A stretch of 46,558 bases of DNA from Candidatus Rokuibacteriota bacterium (GTDB taxonomy: Bacteria; Methylomirabilota; Methylomirabilia; Rokubacteriales; DASRDR01), in assembly GCA_044866005.1 (NCBI GenBank), contig JBIOTN010000054.1, positions 1-46,558 of the forward strand. The letters are read 5' to 3'. Below are positions 9,043 to 17,622 of the stretch, piece after piece. Numbering within the stretch: the first letter of the stretch is position 1; each line of letters begins with the position of its first letter. The notes under the pieces are model-generated. The model was not told the origin of the DNA and made no database searches. It saw only the letters and a program-made list of their open reading frames with translations. Made by a program: the position numbers and the translations under genes.

Positions 9043-9103
9043 CGGGCAGGCGGACGACTGGCAGGTGACGGCCTGGGAGCCGCGCCCCGGCCGCGGCGAC
9101 CGC
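9043..9103 (+). repeat. Direct repeat, copy 2 (orphan copy of the K+ channel 3' end, encoding GQADDWQVTAWEPRP)
   Basis: Matches 8238-8304. Confidence 0.92.
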
Positions 9104-9191
9104 ACTCCGTCGCGGCCGGCGTCGCGCCAGGAGCCGGTCGGAGTAACCGAACCGTTGAGACAGGTCATCGGGCCGCTGGGGAAGCTTCCGA

Positions 9192-9254
9192 GCGGCGGCT
9201 TTCGCCGCCGCAACGCCGGGGGGGCCTCGGGGGGTCTTCCGAGACCCCCCCGAG
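9192..9254. terminator. Twin GC hairpins (REP-like or bidirectional terminator) between convergent genes
   Basis: GCGGCGGC-TTTC-GCCGCCGC and CTCGGGGGGTCT-TCCG-AGACCCCCCCGAG. Confidence 0.6.
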
Positions 9255-9258
9255 ACAA

Positions 9259-10677
9259 CTAGCGCTGGCCGGCGCGGCTGGCCGCGTGCTGGGTCCAGTA
9301 GTGGTGGGTCTTGGCGACGGCCGTGACGACGTTCCTGATCTCGGAGCCGAGGGTGAAGCGGGGGCCGGCCGGGAGGTAGAGCGTCGGGCCCTCGCGCCGC
9401 GCCATCACGTTCTCGACGAGGATGGCGCGCATGAGCCAGATGGCCATCTCCTCGCTCTCGCACGCGACGCCGATCCAGCCGGGCGGCCCCTCCACCACGT
9501 CGAGGCCGGTGACCATCCGGATGCCGCGCGCGAGCTCCCGCACCACCGCAGCGGAGCGCTCGGGCTCCGCCGACGCCTCCTCCCGGGTGACCGGCTCGAG
9601 GAGCGTGCCCCGGTGGGGCGGCCCGCCGGCGAGCGCCAGCTCGCAGAACCCCTGCCACATCCGGTCCCACGCCACGCGCCCCTCGGCGTCGAATTCCAGA
9701 TCGGCGGCGCCCATCGGCGCCCGGCTGAGGGTGAGGCTCGGGTCCCGGTAGCGCGGCGGCAGCATCGCGCCCATGCGCGCCTCGAGGTCGCGGAGCGGCC
9801 CACCGTCGTGCGCGTGCGCGCCCTGGAGCTGCCAGAAGAGCGCGGGGTTGACCCACGGCAGCGCGCCCGGGTCGGGGCCGTCGCGCGCGCCGTCCAGCAA
9901 CGCCTCGAGGTGCCGCCGGACGAGCGTCCAGACCAGGGCGGGATGGGGGGTGAGCGGCCGGGCCAGCACGACGGTGACGCGGGCCGTTCGCGCGACAGCC
10001 TGGACCTGCTCGGCGAGCTGGCGGTACGCGCGGCCGGCGAAGAGGAGCGCCGGCACGACGACGATCGCCCGCGCCCCGAGCCGCGCCCACCGCCTGATCA
10101 CCTCGCCGACCCGAGGCGCGGTCAGCTCGACGAAGGCGTGAGCGACCTCGCCGAAGCGGTGCGCCTCGTAGACGAGCCGCGCGAGTCGCGCCAGCTCGGC
10201 GTTGTGCGCGGGGTTCCCCCCGCCGCCGCCGGCGAGCACGACCACTACCTCCTCAGGGGCCGCGCGGCGCGGGAGGCGGCCGATGGCCTCGCGGGCGCGG
10301 TCGCCCAGGATGCGGGCCAGGTCGTCGGCACCCGGGGGCGCACCGCGGTGGAGCTGCAATGCCGGCCAGCGCCCGACTACCGCGGCGAGCGCCTTCCCGA
10401 GGCGGCCTCCGGTCTCGGCGCCGAGGCCGATGGCGAGCGGCAGCACGACGAGCCGGGAGGCGCCCCGGGCCACGGCGCGCTCGACCGCCGCTGCCAGCGG
10501 CTCGCCGGGACCGTCGAAGCGGCAGGGCTCGACGGCGTGCCCGAGCCTCGCGGCCAGCTGGCTCGTGAGCCGCCCGAGCGCCCGCGCGGTCCCCGGCTCC
10601 CGTGCGGCGAGGAGCAGCGTCGCGGGCGGGTCCCCCACCGCCGGGGCGCGGGTCTTCGAATCCTCAGGCGGGCTCAT
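9259..10677 (-). CDS. CbiX/SirB-like two-domain chelatase homologue fused to an uncharacterised C-terminal domain
   Basis: GASRLVVLPL, NPAHNAELARLARLVYE...AFVELTAP...VVVPALLFAG; C-terminal WQGFCELALAGGPPHRGTLLEP...KTHHYW. Confidence 0.75.
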   Translation of the reverse strand: MSPPEDSKTRAPAVGDPPATLLLAAREPGTARALGRLTSQLAARLGHAVEPCRFDGPGEPLAAAVERAVARGASRLVVLPLAIGLGAETGGRLGKALAAVVGRWPALQLHRGAPPGADDLARILGDRAREAIGRLPRRAAPEEVVVVLAGGGGGNPAHNAELARLARLVYEAHRFGEVAHAFVELTAPRVGEVIRRWARLGARAIVVVPALLFAGRAYRQLAEQVQAVARTARVTVVLARPLTPHPALVWTLVRRHLEALLDGARDGPDPGALPWVNPALFWQLQGAHAHDGGPLRDLEARMGAMLPPRYRDPSLTLSRAPMGAADLEFDAEGRVAWDRMWQGFCELALAGGPPHRGTLLEPVTREEASAEPERSAAVVRELARGIRMVTGLDVVEGPPGWIGVACESEEMAIWLMRAILVENVMARREGPTLYLPAGPRFTLGSEIRNVVTAVAKTHHYWTQHAASRAGQR

Positions 10678-10792
10678 CCCTTCGCGTCCTGCGACAAGGC
10701 TCTCCACCGCTCGCCGCGGCTCCGGCCGGCCGCGCTGGCGCGATGCCGGGAAGTCTAGCCTCTGGGCCGGCCGCTGTACAGACAGATTGCGG

Positions 10793-10821
10793 TTGACAAC
10801 CCTCGGAGCTCGACCTACTGT
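10793..10821 (+). promoter_or_regulatory. Putative sigma70 promoter for the aminotransferase/ureohydrolase operon
   Basis: TTGACA-17 nt-TACTGT. Confidence 0.7.
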
Positions 10822-10916
10822 CGGCGTACCGTGGCGGCGCGCGAGGTCAACGTCACCGCCATCCTCGACGTCGCGCCCGGACGTTCCCCCCCCCACGGGC
10901 CATGGGGAGACCCGCG

Positions 10917-12212
10917 ATGACAGACCGCGCCACCGACGCCGCCCGGGACCTCGACCTCCTCGCCACGGCCCGGCGCGTGTTCCCGGGCGGCGCGCTCGGC
11001 ACCTTCTTCCTGCCGCCGGACCTCGACTTCGTCGTGGCGCGCGGCGAGGGAAGCCGGGTCTACGACGCGGACGGCCGCGCCTACATCGATTACGTGCTCG
11101 CCTCGGGTCCGCTGATCCTCGGGCACGGCCATCCGGCCGTGGTGGAGGCGATCACGGAGCAGGCCACCCGCGGGAGTTCCTTCTACGGCCTGAACGCGCC
11201 CGCCATCGAGCTCGCCGAGGAGATCGTCCGGGCGGTGCCGTCGGCCGAGCAGGTGCGCTTCTGCGGCTCGGGCGGCGAGGCCACCTTCTACTGCCTACGG
11301 CTCGCCCGGGCCCACACCGGGCGCACGAAGATCCTCAAGTTCGAGGGCGCCTACCACGGACACCACGACTACGGGATGTTGACCGCGGCCCCGTCGTCGC
11401 CGCCCGGACCGGCGACCCGGGCCGACTCGGCTGGCATTCCCGCCGTGCTCCGAGACGAGGTGCTCGTCGCGCCGTTCAACGACGCCGACACGGCCCGGCG
11501 CCTCATCCGCGCCCACCGGGACGCGCTGGCCGCGGTGATCGTCGAGCCGCTCCAGCGCGTGATCAGCCCGCGGCCGGGATTCCTCGAGGCCCTCCGCGAG
11601 GCGACCACGGCGGTCGGGGCGCTCCTCGTCTTCGACGAGGTCGTCACCGGCTTCCGCCTGGCGTATGGCGGCGCGCAGGCCCGCTACGGCGTCCGGCCGG
11701 ACCTCACCGCGCTGGGGAAGATCGTCGGAGGGGGCCTCCCGCTGGCGGTGGTCGGCGGGCGGGCGGAGATCATGGCGCACGCCGACGCCCGCCGGAAGGG
11801 CCCGGCCTACGCCTACCTCAGCGGGACGCTGAACGGCAACGCGCTCGCGGCGGCGGCCGGCCTCGCGGCGCTGCGGGAGCTCCGCCATCCGGAAGTCTAC
11901 CCGCGCCTCGAGGCGATCGGCGAGAGGGTCCGGAGCGGTCTGCGGGAGATCGTCCGGCGCCGGGGCCTGGCCGCCCAGGTCGTGGGGGAAGGGCCGCTCT
12001 TCAACGTGATCCTGACCGACCAGCCGATCGTGGACCAGCGGTCGCTCGAGACCGCGGACCGGGCCCGCACGGACCGGCTGGGGCGGGAGCTGCTCGCGCG
12101 CGGGCTCTACATCAACCTCGCGGCGAAGGGCTACATGTCGCTCGCCCACACGGACCGGGACCTGGCCGAGACGCTCACGATCTTCGACGAGAGCCTGGCG
12201 GCCGTCGGCTGA
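10917..12212 (+). CDS. Class III PLP aminotransferase (GSA-aminomutase-like)
   Basis: GPLILGH, SGGEAT, KFEGAYHG, FDEVVTGFR, LGKIVGGGLP, SGTLNGN. Confidence 0.92.
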   Translation: MTDRATDAARDLDLLATARRVFPGGALGTFFLPPDLDFVVARGEGSRVYDADGRAYIDYVLASGPLILGHGHPAVVEAITEQATRGSSFYGLNAPAIELAEEIVRAVPSAEQVRFCGSGGEATFYCLRLARAHTGRTKILKFEGAYHGHHDYGMLTAAPSSPPGPATRADSAGIPAVLRDEVLVAPFNDADTARRLIRAHRDALAAVIVEPLQRVISPRPGFLEALREATTAVGALLVFDEVVTGFRLAYGGAQARYGVRPDLTALGKIVGGGLPLAVVGGRAEIMAHADARRKGPAYAYLSGTLNGNALAAAAGLAALRELRHPEVYPRLEAIGERVRSGLREIVRRRGLAAQVVGEGPLFNVILTDQPIVDQRSLETADRARTDRLGRELLARGLYINLAAKGYMSLAHTDRDLAETLTIFDESLAAVG

Positions 12213-12242
12213 CGGCCGTGCCCGAACACAGGAGCCACGACC

Positions 12243-13316
12243 ATGGATGACGCCCGGCTGAACCTGCCGTTCACGGGGCTCGTGTCCTTCATGCGCGGCC
12301 CGGTCTGCACCGACCTGACGCGGCTCGACGCGGACGTCGCGGTCCTCGGGGTGCCGAGCGACGAGGGCTCGCCGTGGAAGCCCGGGGCGCGCTTCGCCCC
12401 GCGGAAGATCCGGGAGATGTCGGTCCGGTACGCCGGCTACGGCCCGGTGCAGAAGCAGCTCGGCTACTACGACATCGAGGAGGACCGGCGCTACCTGGAG
12501 TACGAGCGGCGGGACAACCGGATCGTGGACTGCGGCGACTCCGACATCGTGTACACGAACGTGAGGCGGACCTTCGAGAACATCACCCGTGACGTCAAGC
12601 GGATCCTCAAGGCGGGCGCCTTCCCCGTGATCATCGGCGGCGACCACGCCATCACCTACCCGGTGGTGCGGGCCTACGAGGAGCGCCTGAACGTCGTCCA
12701 CTTCGACGCCCACATGGACTACCGGCCCTTCGTCCACGGCGTGCAGTGGGCGAACGGCAACCCGATCCGCAACGTCTCGCAGCTCCGCAGCTGTCACCAC
12801 ATCATCCAGGTAGGGATCCGGAGCCTCCGGACGAGCCAGGCGGACGTGCAGGACTCCCGGGCGCGCGGGAACGACATCGTGACGATCCCGGAGTTCCGGC
12901 GGCGCGGCCACGCCGCGATCGTCGATCGCCTGCCGAAGAACGAGCCGGTGTACGTATCGATCGACATCGACGTCCTCGACCTCCCGCTCGTCCCCGGCTG
13001 CGCGTCCTCCGAGGTCAACGGGCTCACCTACGACGAGCTGCGCCAGACGCTCTTCGCCATCGCCCGGAGCCGCGAGGTCATCGGCTTCGACCTGGTCGAG
13101 GTCAACCCCATGCTGGACGTGGCCTCGGACAACACCTCGCTGATCGCCGCCCAGCTCATCGTCGAGTTCCTCGGACGGATCGTCGAGCACCCGGGGTACC
13201 GGAAGCGCCACCCGATGAGGGCGCGCCCGGGGGCGCCGGCCCGGCTGCCGCTCTCCACCGACGGCCGTGGCCGGCCGCGGACGACCGCCCATCGCCGACC
13301 CGGGAGGTCATCATGA
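12243..13316 (+). CDS. Ureohydrolase (agmatinase/arginase family)
   Basis: GARFAP, GGDHAIT, HFDAHMD, SIDIDVLD, DLVEVNP. Confidence 0.93.
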   Translation: MDDARLNLPFTGLVSFMRGPVCTDLTRLDADVAVLGVPSDEGSPWKPGARFAPRKIREMSVRYAGYGPVQKQLGYYDIEEDRRYLEYERRDNRIVDCGDSDIVYTNVRRTFENITRDVKRILKAGAFPVIIGGDHAITYPVVRAYEERLNVVHFDAHMDYRPFVHGVQWANGNPIRNVSQLRSCHHIIQVGIRSLRTSQADVQDSRARGNDIVTIPEFRRRGHAAIVDRLPKNEPVYVSIDIDVLDLPLVPGCASSEVNGLTYDELRQTLFAIARSREVIGFDLVEVNPMLDVASDNTSLIAAQLIVEFLGRIVEHPGYRKRHPMRARPGAPARLPLSTDGRGRPRTTAHRRPGRSS

Positions 13317-14920
13317 GCAACGATCGCCGGAAGCTCGCCACCATCAACATCAGCCGCCGCGGCTTCATCCGGGTCGCCGCCGGGGCCGGGATCGGCCTGG
13401 CCACGGGCCCGTTCCTGAGGCGGAGCCGCGCGGGTGCCTCGAGTCAGCCGCTGGTCATCGTCTACGGCGTCCCGCGGGCCACGATGGACCCCCAGAACCA
13501 CATCAACACCTACGACGAGAGCCCGCTCGGCAACATGTTCGAGAACCTCGTCGACATGAGCAACCCGATCGATCCGTACAGGGGCTGGAAGCCCATGCTG
13601 GCCCTCTCCTGGAAGCGGCTGAACGAGACGACCTTCCAGTTCAAGCTGCGCGAGAACGTCAAGTTCCACAACGGCGAGGACTTCGACGCGGAAGCGGTGA
13701 AGTTCAGCATCGACCGGCTCCTGGGGCGGCTGGACAAGAACTTCATCCCGCCCACGGTAGCCTGGCACGCCTACGACACGATCAACCGGGCGGAGCCGGT
13801 GGACCGCTACACGGTCAACATCATCACCCGGGTGCCCGACCCGATCGTGCTGAACCGCTTCAACGGCTTCGGGATGCGGATCGTGTCGCCGAAGTTCTAC
13901 AGCCAGAACGACACGGCCACGCTCCAGACGAAGGCCAACGGGACCGGGCCCTATCGCCTGGTGAGCTGGGTGAAGGACGGCGACCTCGTGCTGGAGGCCA
14001 ACAAGCAGTACTGGGGCGGCCCGCCGGCCTTCGAGAAGGTGATCATCAAGACGGCCCCCGAGGCCTCGACCCGCGTGTCGGCGCTCCTGTCGGGCCAGGC
14101 CGACGTCATCGTCGCCGTCCCGGCCGAGCAGATGGATCTCATCAACCGCTCGGGCCGGGCCCGGGTCGAGCACGTGACCAGCAACCGGCTCGGCTGGTGG
14201 CGCTTCAACGCGAGCGTGCCGCCGACGAGCAACATCAACGTCCGGCGGGCCATCAACCACGCCGCCAACGTGGGCGAGCTCCTGCGCACGGTCTACAGCA
14301 GCCTGGGCGAGCGCCTCTCCACGCTGGTCGGCAAGTACCACTTCGGGCACGACCCGGCGATCCCCTTCTACGAGCAGAACCTCGACAAGGCGCGCGCGCT
14401 CCTGAAGGAGTCGGGCCTGCCGCTCCCGGTCACGGTGAACTTCCACTTCATCCAGGGCCGGTACACGAAGGACAAGGACATGGGCGAGGGGATCATCGGC
14501 GAGGTGAACAAGATCGGTCCCCAGTACATCAGGGTGGTCCCGCGGCTGTACGAGGCGGGGACGTTCTACTCGCAGGCCAACGCCGGGAAGCTGGACGGGA
14601 TCATCTTCAACAGCTGGGGCAACTGGATGTTCGATGCCGACATCGACTTCGGCCCGCTCGTCCGGACGAAGAACCCGCCGACGCCCGACTACCCCAACAA
14701 CCCCGCGTTCGACAAGCTGATCGACGAGGCGCGCTCGACGCTCGACGAGCAGAAGCGCAAGGCGCTCTACTCGCAGCTCCAGAAGATGATCTGGGAGTAC
14801 AACCTGGCGATCTTCGGCATGCAGGTCGTGGACATGTACGGGGTGTCGAGTCGCGTGAGCTGGACGCCGCGCCCGGACGAGATGATCTGGGCCAAGGAGA
14901 TGACGCCCCGGGCGACCTAG
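13313..14920 (+). CDS. Peptide/nickel family-5 ABC substrate-binding protein, Tat signal
   Basis: SRRGFI leader; FKLRENVKFHNGEDF, GTGPY, VRRAINHA. Confidence 0.92.
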   Translation: MSNDRRKLATINISRRGFIRVAAGAGIGLATGPFLRRSRAGASSQPLVIVYGVPRATMDPQNHINTYDESPLGNMFENLVDMSNPIDPYRGWKPMLALSWKRLNETTFQFKLRENVKFHNGEDFDAEAVKFSIDRLLGRLDKNFIPPTVAWHAYDTINRAEPVDRYTVNIITRVPDPIVLNRFNGFGMRIVSPKFYSQNDTATLQTKANGTGPYRLVSWVKDGDLVLEANKQYWGGPPAFEKVIIKTAPEASTRVSALLSGQADVIVAVPAEQMDLINRSGRARVEHVTSNRLGWWRFNASVPPTSNINVRRAINHAANVGELLRTVYSSLGERLSTLVGKYHFGHDPAIPFYEQNLDKARALLKESGLPLPVTVNFHFIQGRYTKDKDMGEGIIGEVNKIGPQYIRVVPRLYEAGTFYSQANAGKLDGIIFNSWGNWMFDADIDFGPLVRTKNPPTPDYPNNPAFDKLIDEARSTLDEQKRKALYSQLQKMIWEYNLAIFGMQVVDMYGVSSRVSWTPRPDEMIWAKEMTPRAT

Positions 14921-14933
14921 GCTCGGGCGCGAC

Positions 14934-14990
14934 GGCACACCAGAGCGCCGGTCCGGGGCGGACGCCCTGGACCGGCGAGCCTCGTGTGCC
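14934..14990 (+). promoter_or_regulatory. Long intergenic stem-loop after the SBP gene (mRNA stabiliser or attenuator)
   Basis: ggcacac..cgccggtccggggc-ggac-gccctggaccggcg..gtgtgcc. Confidence 0.55.
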
Positions 14991-14996
14991 ACCGAC

Positions 14997-16013
14997 ATGA
15001 CCCGCTACGTCCTGAACCGGCTGCTCCAGTCCGTCTTCGTGGTGGTCGGCGTCCTGCTGGTCGTCTTCCTGATCCTTCACCTGACGGGCGACCCGGCGGC
15101 GATGCTGATGCCGCCGGGCGCGGCCGAGGCGGACATGGCCGCCGTCCGGCAGCGGTACGGGCTGGACAAGCCGTTGCCGGTCCAGCTCTATCGCTTCTTC
15201 GTCGGCGACCTCCTGGCGCCGTCCGGGCAGGCGGGACAGACGATGCAGGTCTCCAGCTACGGGACCGGCGCGATCGAGACCACGATCCGTCCCCTGCGGG
15301 GCGCGATCCTCGGCGACTTCGGCGACTCGCTCCGGTTCATCGGGCAGCCGGCGATGCCGATCGTGCTCGAGCGGTTTCCGCTGACGCTCCAGCTCATGGT
15401 GGCCGCGGCCTGCTACTCGACGCTGCTCTCGCTGATCCTGGGCACGCTCTCGGCCGTCCGCCCCTACTCCTGGGCCGATCAGGTCGTCCGTGGGTTCGCC
15501 ATCCTGAACCAGTCCATCCCGAACTTCTGGCTGGGCCTGCTCCTGATCCTCGTGTTCGCCGTGCACCTGGGCCTCCTGCCGGCGATGGGCTACGGCACCT
15601 GGTCGAACGTCGTCCTGCCCGCGATCACGCTCGGCGCCCAGTCGCTCGGGCGCAACACGCGGCTCGTGCGCTCGTGTGTCCTGGAGTGCCTGTCCCAGGA
15701 TTACATCCGGACGGCGCGGGCCAAGGGGCTGCCGGAGCGCGTGGTGATGGCCCGGCACGTGCTGAAGAACGCCATGCCGCCGGTCGTCACCGCATGGGCG
15801 CTCGACGTCGGCAACCTCTTCGGCGGCGCGGTGATCACCGAGAGCATCTTCGGCTGGCCGGGGATGGGCCGCCTCATCGTCGAGTCGGTGACGTTCCGGG
15901 ACTTCCCCACCGTCGAGTCGGCGGTCCTCTTCATCACGCTCGTGTTCGTCGGGCTGAACCTCCTGGTGGATCTCAGCTATGCCTGGTTGGATCCCCGGGT
16001 GAAGCTGGCCTGA
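14997..16013 (+). CDS. Peptide ABC permease (DppB/OppB-like)
   Basis: GDPA, GLDKPL, DYIRTARAKGL, ESIFGWPGMG, LDPRV. Confidence 0.93.
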   Translation: MTRYVLNRLLQSVFVVVGVLLVVFLILHLTGDPAAMLMPPGAAEADMAAVRQRYGLDKPLPVQLYRFFVGDLLAPSGQAGQTMQVSSYGTGAIETTIRPLRGAILGDFGDSLRFIGQPAMPIVLERFPLTLQLMVAAACYSTLLSLILGTLSAVRPYSWADQVVRGFAILNQSIPNFWLGLLLILVFAVHLGLLPAMGYGTWSNVVLPAITLGAQSLGRNTRLVRSCVLECLSQDYIRTARAKGLPERVVMARHVLKNAMPPVVTAWALDVGNLFGGAVITESIFGWPGMGRLIVESVTFRDFPTVESAVLFITLVFVGLNLLVDLSYAWLDPRVKLA

Positions 16014-16017
16014 GCCG

Positions 16018-16938
16018 GTGAGCCCGGTGGAGTCGGCGATCGGCACGCTTCCGGCGGGCGCCCGGGTCGCCGGCCCGCGGCCCTGGTACCGGCGGCGGCT
16101 CTGGCGAACGCTGCGGCGGGGGAGCGGCCTGTTCAACGTGACCTTCCTTCTCCTGGTGGCGTTCGCCGCCGGCGCCGCCCCCTGGCTCACGCCCCACGAC
16201 CCGCAGGTGGGCGAGCCCGCCCGACGGCTGCTGCCGCCCGTCTGGCAGGCCGCCGGCGCCGCCGCCCATCCGCTCGGCACGGACCAGCTCGGCCGTGACG
16301 TCTTCGCCCGACTGGTCTACGGCTCGCGGATCTCCCTGGTGGTCGGCCTGAGCACGGTGCTCATCTCGACCCTCCTCGGCTCGAGCATCGGGCTGGTGGC
16401 CGGCTACTACGAGGGACGGCTCGGCACCGGCCTCATGCGGCTGGCCGACGTCCAGCTCGCGTTCCCGTTCCTGCTGCTGGCCCTGGCGGTGGTGACGGTG
16501 GTCGGCGCCGGCCTGTTCAACGTGATCCTCGTCCTGGGCATCGCCGGGTGGGCGGCGTTCGCGCGCGTCGTCCGGGGCCAGGTGCTGTCGCTGAAGCAGC
16601 GCGAGTACATCGAGGCCGGGCGCGCCATCGGGGCCGGCCACGGGAAGATCCTCATCCGCCACATCCTGCCGAACGTCCTGACACCGGTCATCGTCCTCGC
16701 CACCGCGACCGTGGCCAACAACATCGTGGTCGAGGCGAGCCTGACCTTTCTCGGCCTCGGGGTCCAGCCCGATTTCCCGAGCTGGGGCACCATGCTGACG
16801 GACGCGCGCGACTACCTGGCGGTGGCATGGTGGATGGGCATCTTCCCGGGGCTCGCGCTGATGCTCACCGTCCTGACCATAAACCTCCTCGGAGACTGGC
16901 TTCGGGACTACCTGGACCCGACCCTGCGGAGTGCCTGA
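16018..16938 (+). CDS. Peptide ABC permease (DppC/OppC-like)
   Basis: HPLGTDQLGRD, EYIEAGRAIGA, HILPN, PSWGTML, NLLGDWLRD. Confidence 0.93.
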   Translation: MSPVESAIGTLPAGARVAGPRPWYRRRLWRTLRRGSGLFNVTFLLLVAFAAGAAPWLTPHDPQVGEPARRLLPPVWQAAGAAAHPLGTDQLGRDVFARLVYGSRISLVVGLSTVLISTLLGSSIGLVAGYYEGRLGTGLMRLADVQLAFPFLLLALAVVTVVGAGLFNVILVLGIAGWAAFARVVRGQVLSLKQREYIEAGRAIGAGHGKILIRHILPNVLTPVIVLATATVANNIVVEASLTFLGLGVQPDFPSWGTMLTDARDYLAVAWWMGIFPGLALMLTVLTINLLGDWLRDYLDPTLRSA

Positions 16939-17500
16939 GGCGCCTGAGGTGGCGACCGTCCATCGCGTGAAGGTCGAGCCACTGACCGAGGCGGGGTTCG
17001 CCCCGTTCGGGCAGGTCATCTCGCCCAAGGACCGGCCCCCGGACTTCCAGACCGAGAGCGGGACGGAGGGGTGGGCCGTCGAGTTCAGCGCGGGCCGGCC
17101 GCTCATCATGCTGCTCAAGACCCGGTACCAGGGGCTCCGGTTCTCGAAGCTCGAGCGGCACTTCAACCTGACGCAGACCTTCCTGCCGCTCGGGGGATCG
17201 CCGGCCGTCGTGGCGGTCGCCCCGCCCTCGCCCGACCGGACCGCGATTCCCGAGCCGGCGACGGTGCGCGCCTTCCTGCTCGACGGCACCCGGGGCTATG
17301 CCCTGGCGCGAGGCACGTGGCACAGCCTCGATCGCTTCCCGCTGTATCCGCCGGACACCCGATGGGTGATCATCACCGATCACGAGACCCAGGACGACCT
17401 CCTGAAGGGCTACCGCGGGGAGGGCGGGGGGCAGCTCACGGAGGAGGTGGACTATGCCGCGCGCCTCCACGTGACCTTCGCGCTGACGCTCGATCCATGA
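16931..17500 (+). CDS. Ureidoglycolate lyase (AllA)-like cupin
   Basis: EPLTEAGFAPFGQVI, LERHFNLTQTFLPL, RAFLLDG...GTWH. Confidence 0.85.
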   Translation: MPEAPEVATVHRVKVEPLTEAGFAPFGQVISPKDRPPDFQTESGTEGWAVEFSAGRPLIMLLKTRYQGLRFSKLERHFNLTQTFLPLGGSPAVVAVAPPSPDRTAIPEPATVRAFLLDGTRGYALARGTWHSLDRFPLYPPDTRWVIITDHETQDDLLKGYRGEGGGQLTEEVDYAARLHVTFALTLDP

Positions 17501-17520
17501 CGGTGCCCCCGCCCGCTGGT

Positions 17521-17550
17521 TTGACGGCACACTCGACTCTCGCGTATGCT
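17521..17550 (+). promoter_or_regulatory. Putative sigma70 promoter for the second peptide ABC operon
   Basis: TTGACG-18 nt-TATGCT. Confidence 0.65.
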
Positions 17551-17622
17551 CCCGCCACCTTCTCGGGTCGACTGGAGGTGGCCTATGACGGCCCCGGACT
17601 CCTGAGCAGGAGGGGGTGCGCG

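Noticed and set aside
8834..9262. 142-aa ORF containing WQVTAWEPRP
   Set aside because: Explained by the duplicated channel 3' end; its start lies out of frame inside the methyltransferase gene
10680..10790. Guanidine-I (ykkC) riboswitch upstream of the CbiX-like gene
   Set aside because: Only a GGCTAG fragment; the CTAGGGTTCCG core and 3' AAAAGCCCGGGAG-type tail are absent
10917..12212. Calling this hemL and, with the CbiX-like gene, a tetrapyrrole cluster
   Set aside because: No other hem/cob genes; operon context is catabolic; the chelatase histidines are missing
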